A DNA stretch of 64,000 nt from Tubulanus polymorphus (taxonomy: Eukaryota; Animalia; Nemertea): positions 930,001 through 994,000 of the forward strand of contig NC_134032.1 in NCBI RefSeq assembly GCF_964204645.1. Reading direction: 5' to 3'. The position numbers and the translations under genes were made by a program. The notes beneath the pieces are model-generated. The model saw nothing but the letters and a program-made list of their open reading frames with translations, did no database searches and was not told the DNA's origin. This document shows positions 49,582-60,644 of the stretch, piece after piece (position 1 is the first letter of the stretch; each line of letters begins with the position of its first letter).

Positions 49582-52166
49582 TCGTCAATTCTGGTTTTTA
49601 AATTCTTTTTAATCTGTAAATAGTGGGATTTTATCTTATTATCCGTTCACCACGATTGAGTGCGGTCATCGTTCTATTCTGTTTAGTTTTAGAAAGAATA
49701 ACTGCGGTCAAAAAAGCGTTAATACATTGAATAATTAAATCCTTCGATCTAAGAAACAATGAGGATTAATTAGATTAAAGGTTTTATTAAATCATGGACG
49801 TATAAACTAGTCTATACGTCCATGATTAAATAAAGCAAATTGCATTGCTATTGAGTCAGGTGAGTCAGGTGGAACTTGAATTTAGCTCACATGCTTAGGC
49901 AACATTATATTATACTAGACATTCTGTTAATGTCCATCTATCAAAAATGAATTTTCGTAATCAAATCATTTATTTCCACTTATTTCATTAATGATATTAA
50001 TTTGAACACTTGGAGGGAAAATTTATGTTTTGGAGGGAAAGTAACTGAATGGATAATGATTGAGGGATTTTGTGTGGAGGGAAAATGGCCGGAGGGAAAA
50101 TGACAGTGAATCCTTTATTTCTGCGTGCTTTCCACAAAAAATGCTTATTTTTGACTTTGTTGAGAAGTTTCGTCTGATATATCAAAATTATTGTCATTTC
50201 TTGGTGATACCAAAAATTTAGTCATCAAAAGCCAGGTACACATCACTTTTGGGCAATTAACTTGTCAGATGACATAAGTGAAATTTATTGGTTACTACAT
50301 TTACGTACTGACCTGTACCCGTCCCTGCCAAATTTTGGACACCATAAAGAAATGTATATTTTTGGCCTTATTTGACTACAGAATTATGCATTTAATTTCA
50401 AAAAGACATGTACAATAATTGTACATGTAAATTATCTTATTATATTTCTCATCACGTCACTGTTTTGGGGCTGGCCAGGTTGGGACCGGGATCCCCTACC
50501 CCTCTGAGACCCCTCTGAGAGTCCCTCGGTCGTTTCCCGATGATGGCGATTTATTGACTGGAATACTGTCCTCACCAGCCGTTATTGGACCACGCGACCT
50601 AGTTTAACTGTTCCCGCGGAAACCACCTACAACACTAGGCTGGCTACATCTTCACCCGTCAAGGGATTCGAACCCACTAAACCCGCCAAAGCTGTTCGCC
50701 GAACCCCTTGACCTCACGAGTCGTCGGTGTCGTTACTAGCCGACCAGAATCCGGTCGTACCAATCACAGCGCTTGTAACAAACGACTCTAGGCTTCTATT
50801 GGTTTTCTCGTTAAATGGACCAATCAGCGAACGTTTTACCGAACAAGGAAGTATTTCGCAAATCGATATATGACGTCATGCGCAACAGCGCCAGTAATGA
50901 AATCACGCTTCGCGAGGCCAGGGGGCTGGTGGAAATGAGTTCGGGAGTTATACCTGACCCCTGGCAAGCGAGGATGGGCTGGCTACAATCGTCCAACAAA
51001 CTGCTAATCATTTTGGCACATCTAGTGTCTCCACTCACTACACGTAAACGCTGTCAAAAATTAAGTATGTCCTAGATTTAAAAATTCAATGATTCTGATA
51101 GATTACGCATGCGCATAAACGGCAAAGGAAAACAGTTTTGGGCGGGTTGATTAAGTTGGCATAGTGTAGTCTAACAAAGCCAGGGCGATCTGCCCTAATA
51201 TAGCCCGCTGAGAACTTTGTTTTGTTTTTGGCCTTACGTCACTTGCACGTGTCCGCTCAATTTCCATTCGTCGGGGACTCGATCTGACGTGTACTTTTTG
51301 TGGGTACACCCATCACGGACGTCACTTCATCCACTAAGGATTAAAGAAAAAATATATATATAAATGGACAAAATGATCTTCAACCTTGTAATATAGCTAT
51401 TTCCAGAATCTCATTGTATTAGATGAGGCAGCCAGAAAAATTCACCCGAATCAGTCGCTTGCCGGTTCAGACTGAATGGAAGATTGTTTGAATGAACCGG
51501 AACCGCAATTTCCAATTATGTACTTCGATTTAAAAATATTCTGTTAACTCGACCGCTGATCACACAACTATATCTGTACTTCGATTTCCGATTTCAAAAT
51601 CAAACCGCCTGTTTCGCTGCCGGCGGGTGTGGTGGGTCTGTAAGGGACGCTCAATCCAAAAATCAAACAAAATTTACCAGCCCAATAAATAAATAATGGG
51701 GACAATCCCTATTCTAAGATCAAGGATTGGGTGCCGAGCGTTAATAAACCTGCTATTGGTACTGAAAAACTGTGCGCCAAAACAAACATATGGTGATAAC
51801 CCTATGAATGAAATATGCAGATCAAATTGCCATTGAATTAAGTAGGATCATTTAATAATGTGATATTGAATAATGAATATCGCCATGTATATGCGCTACT
51901 GAAGATCTGAATCCGTGAATGCAGGTAACAGATGAAGTAATTAAGCCGAGCTGTTTAATTGCCCGTTGATGCGTATTAATATCACCCTGTGTCTGAGCAT
52001 AGTTTAAAATAAATGTAATATATATATATATATATATATATAATTCCCCACGCGCCCGCGGGAGTCGGAACTTCTCATCTTCTATGTGGTAGATTTCCAG
52101 AATCAAGTGACGTTTCAAAGACAAGCTATAAGTAGGTCAGCGATCACGTGGCCACCTTCGCGAACG

Positions 52167-53495
52167 ATGCTTCATGAATTGAACGTTAACAACGAGAAGG
52201 ATGAAGATTCTGTTGAAGATAAGGGTTACGGCAGTATGGACTCATTCTGCAGTGCAGAAGACGCCATGTCTAGTTCGTGTAGCCTTCGTTGTCAGCACAG
52301 GCCCAGCCCTATAGCTATCGTTTGTATCGTGAGTACAGCGTCGCTGATAATCGAAGTAACGCGAAGCGCTGTAATCACCGTCACTTCCGAGATCCTTCAC
52401 GATGTTGAAAACGATACCGCAGAAGATCACCGGATCGCTTTCAAAATAGCGACTACCCAATCCGCGTATAACTTCGGCCTGATTTTCGGAAACGTCCTGT
52501 GCGCGCGAGTGGCGTACAGTCGCGGACATTTATACCCGTTTTGGTTTGGACTACTGACCGGACTCGGCGCTACTTCCATATCGGCGTTTGCGTCCGCGTG
52601 GTGGGTTCTGGCGTTAGCGAATTTACTCGTCGGACTTTCAATTGCGTTTGTTGCCAATGCCGGTTCGACGATGGTCGCTATCGCTTTCGACGATGAAGAT
52701 GATAGGGCCAAAGCCCTAGCCGCCATATACAGTTGCCGATACGGTGGCACTTTATTCGGTTACGCGGGCTGTTTGTACGTGGTGAAATGGACCGGGCGCG
52801 TGGCTCCATTTTGGGCCCTCTTCGCCGCTTTAGTCGTCACGATCGCTATTCGAGGTTTCACGAATATTGAAAATAACCGCGACGAAAATTCAATAAATAA
52901 ACCTTTTCAACTCAGCGTCGTGAAATCGATGCTTACCGATGCCCAGACGTTAGTGTTATTTGGCTTTAACGCAATGGACGCAGTCTCTAACAGTATTTAC
53001 TACAGTTTAGTACCGTTGTGGATTATAGAACACATCAGCGCTAAACATTGGCAACTAGCGACTATAAGACTATCGTCGGCGACTCTTTTCGTTTTCAGTA
53101 CAAACGTCTTCGGATTTTTTGTGTCGAAAACTAGAAGCTATCGATGGATTTATACTTTTATTAGTTTCATGCTGGTGGCTGTATCGTTCATTATCTATTC
53201 GTTTATTCGGAATATCTGGCAGGCGTTCGGCCCGGCTTGCGTATGCACGTTAGCGTTCAGTTGGTTCGGCGCTTTCATTCACTCGTGGCTGTCGGATGTG
53301 GCCGAAAAGAAATTCGACGAAAATTACGCGACGATGTTCGCTATCGATGTTGTCTTCTGTCGTACGGTCTCAATTGTACTAACATTATGTACAGGTTTCG
53401 TGCAGCCTTATGTCGGATACCCGGCAATATTTATAGGTCTCGGTATTGTGGATTTCATCTATTCGTTCAGCTCCTATAGTTTACGAGGTATATGA
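52167..53495 (+). CDS. Intronless divergent SLC18 (vesicular amine transporter-like) MFS transporter
   Basis: About 12 hydrophobic segments. VMAT-like blocks by recalled alignment: DDEDDRAKALA (cf. DDEERGNAMG), GRVAPF (GKTAPF), MLTDAQTL (LLKDPYIL), VPLWIIEHISAKHWQLA (LPIWMMETMCSRKWQLG), YATMFAIDV (YGSVYAIADV), GYPAIFIGLGIVD (GFPWLMTIIGIID). The first ATG is at 52167; the open frame begins at 52086. Confidence 0.8.
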   Translation: MLHELNVNNEKDEDSVEDKGYGSMDSFCSAEDAMSSSCSLRCQHRPSPIAIVCIVSTASLIIEVTRSAVITVTSEILHDVENDTAEDHRIAFKIATTQSAYNFGLIFGNVLCARVAYSRGHLYPFWFGLLTGLGATSISAFASAWWVLALANLLVGLSIAFVANAGSTMVAIAFDDEDDRAKALAAIYSCRYGGTLFGYAGCLYVVKWTGRVAPFWALFAALVVTIAIRGFTNIENNRDENSINKPFQLSVVKSMLTDAQTLVLFGFNAMDAVSNSIYYSLVPLWIIEHISAKHWQLATIRLSSATLFVFSTNVFGFFVSKTRSYRWIYTFISFMLVAVSFIIYSFIRNIWQAFGPACVCTLAFSWFGAFIHSWLSDVAEKKFDENYATMFAIDVVFCRTVSIVLTLCTGFVQPYVGYPAIFIGLGIVDFIYSFSSYSLRGI

Positions 53496-53979
53496 TATGA
53501 TATGATATGGTATATAGGCGGATCTTGTCTTGGGGAGGGGCGCCCAGTTAGAGATTTATGTAAAACACCTGGGCGAACTTCAGTTTTCGTTTTTAGTGGG
53601 CTTGGTCGCATCACCTACTATAGTTCGGTCGTAACGTATTTCACAGTGTCGGCCATATTGTAAATATCGCTCAATCCCGTGGTCGACCATTTCCGGACCG
53701 ACTAACGGACATTCGGTTTCAGATCATTTAGCTCGACTATAGTCCAATAACCGAAGTTTGCCCTGGTTGCGCAGATTCTGTTAGCGCCATAGGCGCACGA
53801 AACACAGGGCGGGGGATACGGAGTCATCCCCCGGAAAATTTTGAATTTTTTATCATCTAACATCGCGATTGCGTCGTGTAGTTGATATATCTTACGTATC
53901 TTATCATCGTATCTTACGTATCTTACTTATCATTATCTTCTCGCTCTGAACAAAAAATATCTCAGTCTTATAGTATAGA

Positions 53980-54455
53980 CTAGATAGTAATACCCGTGGA
54001 AACTACGGGTGATTTCCTTTGGCCCAGAACTCCAAACTGTTCAATTTATTCGCAATGGAATTAAGTCGGGCCGTTTAAAATCTGTGTCCATGCCCGTGGA
54101 GACCCTATGAGCTTTCATGACCTGTCCCCGTGGACTGGGAACTGTCGGAGGCAAACAAAATATGAACGGGGCTACGCGGGACTTGAACTCCTGACCCATC
54201 AGCTGTAAGTCTTGTACTCTACTAACTGGGCCTTTGAAACAGTATAACGGAGTGATATTGTAGAATTGTTTTGGTGCAGTAAGAGTCTATAATTAGAAAT
54301 CCTGCTTACCGATTGGCTGAAATTTTGGCTGCCTCCGTTTGGCCCCCTATAAATATCTTCACACCCGTTTATACCCGTTGCATTAGTTTATACAATGATT
54401 GACTACCACACAAAATTTCAAGGCCCAATTCTTCTCCACGGCGACGCTATATATA

Positions 54456-54460
<5 letters not shown>
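53980..54460 (-). mobile_element. Non-autonomous Helitron-like element containing a tRNA-derived segment (54167-54232)
   Basis: The minus strand ends with hairpin CCCGT-AGTTTCC-ACGGG, ~10 nt, then CTAG|T. The other end runs into a (TA)n tract. Interior A/B-box-like GCCCAGTTAGTAGAG...GAGTTCAAGTCCC. Confidence 0.6.
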
Positions 54461-54517
<57 letters not shown>

Positions 54518-54743
54518 ATCTTCCTAACCCTAAACCCTTGATTTAATGTGAGTTTTGCTTTGCCTATCGACCTTTCTGATAGTACCTCAGCTAAACGTTA
54601 GCTCGTTGATGTCCCAGCTCTTATGGACTTGTCAGAATTATTCGTCAATTTTTGCAAACCAAGACGATTTTTGTCTCCAATCACATTTTGTTCTAGAATT
54701 TAAGAAGAATCAATATAGAATCTTGAGACACGCGCATTTTTCA

Positions 54744-55859
54744 TTACTCGTAATGATTCGTTTTATTGCGACAGAAATCTATTAGCTGTTTACGAAAGCG
54801 ACGCCTCGACGCGCAATAAATGATGAAATTACAAGATGCCGCAATCATTCTGACCATATTTTGAAATTGGTTCATTATCGTCGCGAACGAACCTCTGCCG
54901 ATCTTCCCGTTCAGAGTCGACCTAAGGTTATCTATCGCTGATCTGAGGTCGAAAGCTTTTTTAACCGAATACAGGCATGAAATGAGCACCAAGGCCAGAG
55001 TTAAACTACGCTCACTGCTGCTGCTGCTGTTAGAAGGTCGATTATTTGTAGACATTGTTTCTCTCGCCGCCCCTGCGCGCCTCAACGTGAAAATCAATCG
55101 GACAGTTATCAGAACCACGGTCACCGTCGGGATTATTGTGAATAAAGGACCGTTTACAAAAACGTCATAGTATTTCAAATTAATGTTTTAACCGAATGCA
55201 GTCAACTTCTGCGTCCATCTCTCGTGTCCAGTGCACGGATTAATGGAACGACGAGTATCATATTTGAAATACTGTTTTGACTTATTCCCAATTGAAAGTA
55301 TCGACACAAAAATAATGCATATATAGCTTTTATTCATGCTTATCATTCTAGCCGCTTTCAGAGGCCAGCAAACAACGATATATCTGTCTACAGCTATTAG
55401 CAATGTAATCAGATCGCTAACGTCCGAGGCCAGAAGTCGAATGTTTTGGGTGTACGAATACATGCGCTTCATAACGTGGTTTCTTTCAGCGGTCATGTCC
55501 AGTAACAACGTGTGACTGTAGAGCCGATACTGAAAGTCAAATACGGTATAAGACACACAAATAAACATGTCCGCGACGGCTAAACATCTCAAATAGAATA
55601 TGCTGGTGTTGTTCGAGCGCTCACGCGTGAGGACGAGTAATGATAGCAAATTTGCACCGAAACCGAAGATAGCGAAACTGAAAATAACGCAAGTCGTTAC
55701 TCGTAATAATAGATTCACGTGAAACGGTTTGTAATCGGCGTGATGGATGTATTTACACCGCGGATGAGGTTTAAACCCCGCCTTCTCGGCGGTGGTTGCC
55801 GGGTCCGTTCCGTTTAGCGGGAACCAATCGCTAGCGAATACACTTCCCGAAGCCATCAT
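54744..55859 (-). pseudogene. Intronless rhodopsin-class GPCR (FMRFamide-receptor-like orphan) with one in-frame nonsense codon
   Basis: ORFs 55859-55188 and 55178-54744 share a frame, joined by GGT TAA AAC ATT AAT TTG. Motifs GANLLSLLVL, YLRCLAVAD, AVDRYIVVCWPL and CNFIIYCASRRRFRKQL. Confidence 0.8.
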
Positions 55860-56206
55860 TCACGCGCAGGCGGTCGCTGATTGATGATCGAGAATCAATC
55901 GGTTTTACCTATACCAAATTTATATCTGACAGCAGATAAACTTGATGAGCGAATGTCGGACGACGACCAGCCCAAGCGGCGGACGCGAATACGCACTGAA
56001 GCTGACACAAGAATTCTACGCGCGTAGAACCTGCTATATTTTTAGGACGGCTATACGATTACCAATTACATGTACGTGGCGAAACTGAACCGTTAATGAG
56101 CGATGGATTTACGTAAGTTGTTCGTATCGTCTACTGCAAAATATGATATCATGTTTAAAAACGTGAGTATAGCGTAGCAATAGAGGGGTTCTGGTTCCGC
56201 TAACTT

Positions 56207-56372
56207 GGGCTAACTATTGGGCTTACCATGGGCTAACTATTGGGCTTACCATGGGCTAACTATTGGGCTTACCATGGGCTAACTATTGGGCTTACCATGG
56301 GCTAACTATTGGGCTTACCATGGACTTACCATGGGCTAACTATTAGGCTTACCATGGGCTAACCACGGGCTA
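56207..56372. repeat. 23-bp minisatellite
   Basis: Unit GGGCTAACTATTGGGCTTACCAT, about 6 copies. Confidence 0.9.
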
Positions 56373-56772
56373 ACTTTGCCTAATTATTGGGCTAGCTTCT
56401 GAGCTAATTGATGCTAACTATTTAGCAACTTCCGATTTTGTTGATTTAACACGCAGATTTAAAGATAAATTTTATTTCTTTGTCGTTTTATCTGTAGGGA
56501 GGTAAATTCGTTTTAATTGTGCAGGTTTCAGTCATATGAAATAGTCAAACCTGCGAGTTTTGCAGTAACGAGGATCCATTATTGCGGGTATCAGAATGGA
56601 ATCAAAACACTTCCAAGTGCCTTATAGTGATCACTTTTATAAGTCAGCTGATCGAATTCTAAATAAATGTCAGGCGTGCAGTTCATTTCTTATCTTTTGA
56701 TTTCTAATCTAATTTTCTGGTATGAAGTCTTAATGATCGAAAATTGAAATTAATGGTGATAAAGTGTCAAGT

Positions 56773-57845
56773 GTTAGAGGGGTAGCAGGGTCCAGGCTGC
56801 AGTTTGAGTGTAGCAGGGTCCAGGCTGCAGTTTGAGTGTAGCAGGGTCCAGGCTGCAGTTTGAGTGTAGCAGGGTCCAGGCTGCAGTTTGAGTGTAGCAG
56901 GGTCCAGGCTGCAGTTTGAGTGTAGCAGGGTCCAGGCTGCAGTTTGAGGGGTAGCAGGGTCCAGGCTGCAGTTTGAGTGTAGCAGGGTCCAGGCTGCAGT
57001 TTGAGGGGTAGCAGGGTCCAGGCTGCAGTTTGAGTGTAGCAGGGTCCAGGCTGCAGTTTGAGTGTAGCAGGGTCCAGGCTACAGTTTGAGGGGTAGCAGG
57101 GTCCAGGCTGCAGTTTGAGTGTAGCAGGGTCCAGGCTGCAGTTTGAGGGGTAGCAGGGTCCAGGCTGCAGTTTGAGTGTAGCAGGGTCCAGGCTGCAGTT
57201 TGAGTGTAGCAGGGTCCAGGCTGCAGTTTGAGGGGTAGCAGGGTCCAGGCTGCAGTTTGAGGGTCCAGGCTGCAGTTTGAGTGTAGCAGGGTCCAGGCTG
57301 CAGTTTGAGGGGTAGCAGGGTCCAGACTGCAGTTTGAGTGTAGCAGGGTCCAGGCTGCAGTTAGAGGGGTAGCAGGGTCCAGGCTGCAGTTTGAGGGGTA
57401 GCAGGGTCCAGGCTGCAGTTTGAGTGTAGCAGGGTCCAGGCTGCAGTTTGAGTGTAGCAGGGTCCAGGCTGCAGTTTGAGTGTAGCGGGGTCCAGGCTGC
57501 AGTTTGAGTGTAGCGGGGTCCAGGCTGCAGTTTGAGTGTAGCGGGGTCCAGGCTGCAGTTTGAGTGTAGCGGGGTCCAGCCTGCAGTTTGAGTGTAGCGG
57601 GGTCCAGGCTGCAGTTTGAGTGTAGCAGGGTCCAGGCTGCAGTTTGAGTGTAGCAGGGTCCAGGCTGCAGTTTGAGTGTAGCAGGGTCCAGGCTGCAGTT
57701 TGAGTGTAGCAGGGTCCAGCCTGCAGTTTGAGTGTAGCAAGGTCCAGGCTGCAGTTTGAGTGTAGCAGGGTCCAGGCTGCAGTTAGAGGGGTAGCAGGGT
57801 CCAGGCTGCAGTTTTAGTGTAGCAGGGTCCAGGCTGCAGTTTGAT
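56773..57845. repeat. 28-bp minisatellite (~38 copies)
   Basis: Unit GTGTAGCAGGGTCCAGGCTGCAGTTTGA. It explains the 336-aa and 359-aa repetitive ORFs. Confidence 0.95.
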
Positions 57846-58518
57846 GCCAGCATTAATTCATAAAACGGTTTAGAATCGATTCAAACTCGTTGTCTGTAGT
57901 CTATATATAATACTGATCGCTATAGCGACTATGATGTCTGAATCCTATCAGTTACAACCAACATTTCATCATAGTTGGTTTTGGCAAATTCTCACACTTT
58001 CGTTGATCCCAAAAATTAGCTGCCAACCCAAATTAAGCGATACAAAATTCTGAAATCTGATTGATTCAGCTCGCTCGTGATTCGGCCGCGTCCTTTTTAG
58101 TTTTTTAATCACATCCATTCAAATCCAATATATCCATAATAAATTAATTACAACAGATGATTTTATGACAATCAATTCAATTTATTAGAATTCAAATAAA
58201 CATAATATTTACAAAATTTATCATGCGTTAAGATAACCTTGCACATGTTCATGAATCCTCGATCTCCTGACATCATCATCAGTGCCCTACAAAAATTGAA
58301 AATTGAAAAACTAAAATCACGATGATGCTGAAACTGTCCATTAAACGAAAGTTGGGTGTGACTGGTGGGAATTCCCCCCATCTGTTATTGCAGCCGAACC
58401 CAAGCGGCGGATTAAGAGGAGACGCTGGAATCGTGCCTTTCTTTGTCCAGCGTAGACTAGGTGGGGCCTTATAATACCAGTCAATTGATATCATTACGAT
58501 TGCCTGTTGTTATTTGCT

Positions 58519-59074
58519 TTAAATTATTTTTGTTTTTCATACACACCAGTGGGGCCGAAGTAGTAACTGCGGAGCAACGGTTTATAAGACGCACATGCTT
58601 GCCCCAGTTCCCGAGTCTAGTTGGGAGGTACCAGCTCACTAAAAAATGAAGATATCAACGTCTGCAATAAATTTGATGGTAGATAAATTTTTAGGAAGGT
58701 TATTAAATTATTTTTGTTTTTGATACACACCAGTGGGGCCGAAGTGTAGTAACTGCGGAGCAACGGTTTATAAGACGCACATGCTTGCCCCAGTTCCCGA
58801 GTCTAGTTGGGAGGTACCAGCTCGCTAAAAAATGAAGATATCAACGTCTGCAATAAATTTGATGGTAGATAAATTTTTAGGAAGGTTATTAAATTATTTT
58901 TGTTTTTGATACACACCAGCGGGGCCGAAGTGTAGTAACTGCGGAGCAACGGTTTATAAGACGCACATGCTTGCCCCAGTTCCCGAGTCTAGTTGGGAGG
59001 TACCAGCTCACTAAAAAATGAAGATATCAACGTCTGCAATAAATTTGATGGTAGATAAATTTTTAGGAAGGTTA
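58519..59074. repeat. Three tandem ~185-bp units
   Basis: Near-identical units starting at about 58519, 58703 and 58889. Confidence 0.9.
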
Positions 59075-59399
59075 CTAATGTTTTATGAACTTTTATTCGT
59101 CATATAAACATTAGTGATTTTCTATGAATAATTTGTTTTATTGTAATTTTCCTACATTTCATATACTTCAGACACAATGGTAAGATGAAGAGGGATACTT
59201 TCCCGATTTACAAGTAGAAGATACGCTTTATATGACATGTTTGCACTGCATGATCCTCTGACATACGATTACAACTGATACAGAGGATAGTATTTATTTA
59301 GTATCTAAGTCATTATTCAGTTTTCATTACAAACATATTATACTATATTTCCGTATGTTAATTATATCAAAAGCAATATTGTCTTTATCTCTTTAATCC

Positions 59400-59640
59400 T
59401 AACCTTATACACTTCACTCGGCACTGGTCATTCGGACTTTGTCCTACTGACGTCTGGCCATTGTCTAGTGGAGCAATATAAATTCATGTCTCTCTATTCC
59501 TCGCTCTCTTTCTCTTTGGCTCTCGTTCTCTCTCTGAGCTCTTTTATCTTTGACTCGTTTCAACAATAAATCAAGCTTTAAATTATTTCAATATCGTTTG
59601 TGTTTGGTGACTATTCTGAGCTAGTTCCAGGTATCACAAC
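59400..59640 (+). mobile_element. LTR-like segment
   Basis: TATAAA, a CT-rich tract, AATAAA and an end ...GGTATCACAAC, in the order typical of Gypsy LTRs and upstream of a gag remnant. No second LTR or primer-binding site was seen. Confidence 0.35.
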
Positions 59641-60129
59641 GACGCAGACCGGTTCCAGCAGCTCGAGTTGTTCGTGCTGGTGTTCAGTGGTGCCTGGTTC
59701 ACCAATAGGTATTTGTCAATTCGACATAGAGCAACCGGTAGATCTGTCCATAACTGCATCTTTTGCAGACAGACCATTAGCAGTTGATACGCCTGTAGCA
59801 GGCAGACCTTTGGGCACACCAATCCAAGATTTTCCACTGGACCTGTCCTTAGGTACATCGGCGGTTGACCAGCTATTGGATCTGACGCCCAGCGGGTGTT
59901 TAGACCAATTGTTGGAAAGTCAGTCGGACCTTAGCCCCTGTGCATCATGGACTATTGAAAGGATTGACGATATTCTTTAGTCATCATCAACCGAAGAGTT
60001 GACTGGGGAAAACGTCGCTCGCATTTGGGAAAATGTGCTTTGTTGGGCTGATCATCAGGATCAGATTTAATATTTCAAATAGTATTTATTGTAGGGATCA
60101 CTTAATTTGAATTACTCTGGATCAACAAT

Positions 60130-60375
60130 ATGATGACAACTAGAAGTGGGACGGCGTATGGGCAGGACAGTGCGGGTGGTTTACAGGGTCAAACCACTAC
60201 GGAGGGGGGACCCACAGGGTCGGCCCCCGGTTAGCGATGACACGGTTCTGGAGGCCCTCTCTGGTATACGCGAACAGGTAGATACGGCCACCGCTTTTAT
60301 GAAATTTCTCCATGCTCCCCAAATTTACGGGACGGGACGATCAGCGCGTCTCCGATTGGTTCAGAGGGTTTAGGC
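60130..60375 (+). pseudogene. Frameshifted Ty3/Gypsy gag 5' remnant
   Basis: MMTTRSGTAYG...[frameshift]VSDDTVLEALSGIREQVDTATAFM[frameshift]SMLPKFTGRDDQRVSDWFRGF. It is paralogous to the gag fragment in the downstream array. Confidence 0.7.
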
Positions 60376-60644
60376 TGTTCGTGTTGGATATCAAATCATC
60401 GCAGGTGATCAATAACGATTACTGGATTGCAAACGTAGGTAAAATTCCACATTCAATGATTCATTTAATTCGTGAAGAAGAATTCACGATTGATTTATAT
60501 TACTTATCTTATGTCGCGATACATCATAGGACGATTCACACTGTAGAGTTTATGAATAGTTGTTTTTAAACCCAACTTCGTACAATACCATTATAGTTTA
60601 TAAATGTTAGCTACGCATTTTGTAATTTTGGATAAATACATCTC

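Noticed and set aside
55188-55190. Selenocysteine recoding or a micro-intron explaining the GPCR stop
   Set aside because: The codon is TAA, not TGA, and no suitable GT-AG intron spans it.
56730-57853. 336-aa and 359-aa ORFs
   Set aside because: They are by-products of a stop-free 28-bp minisatellite whose unit is not a multiple of three.
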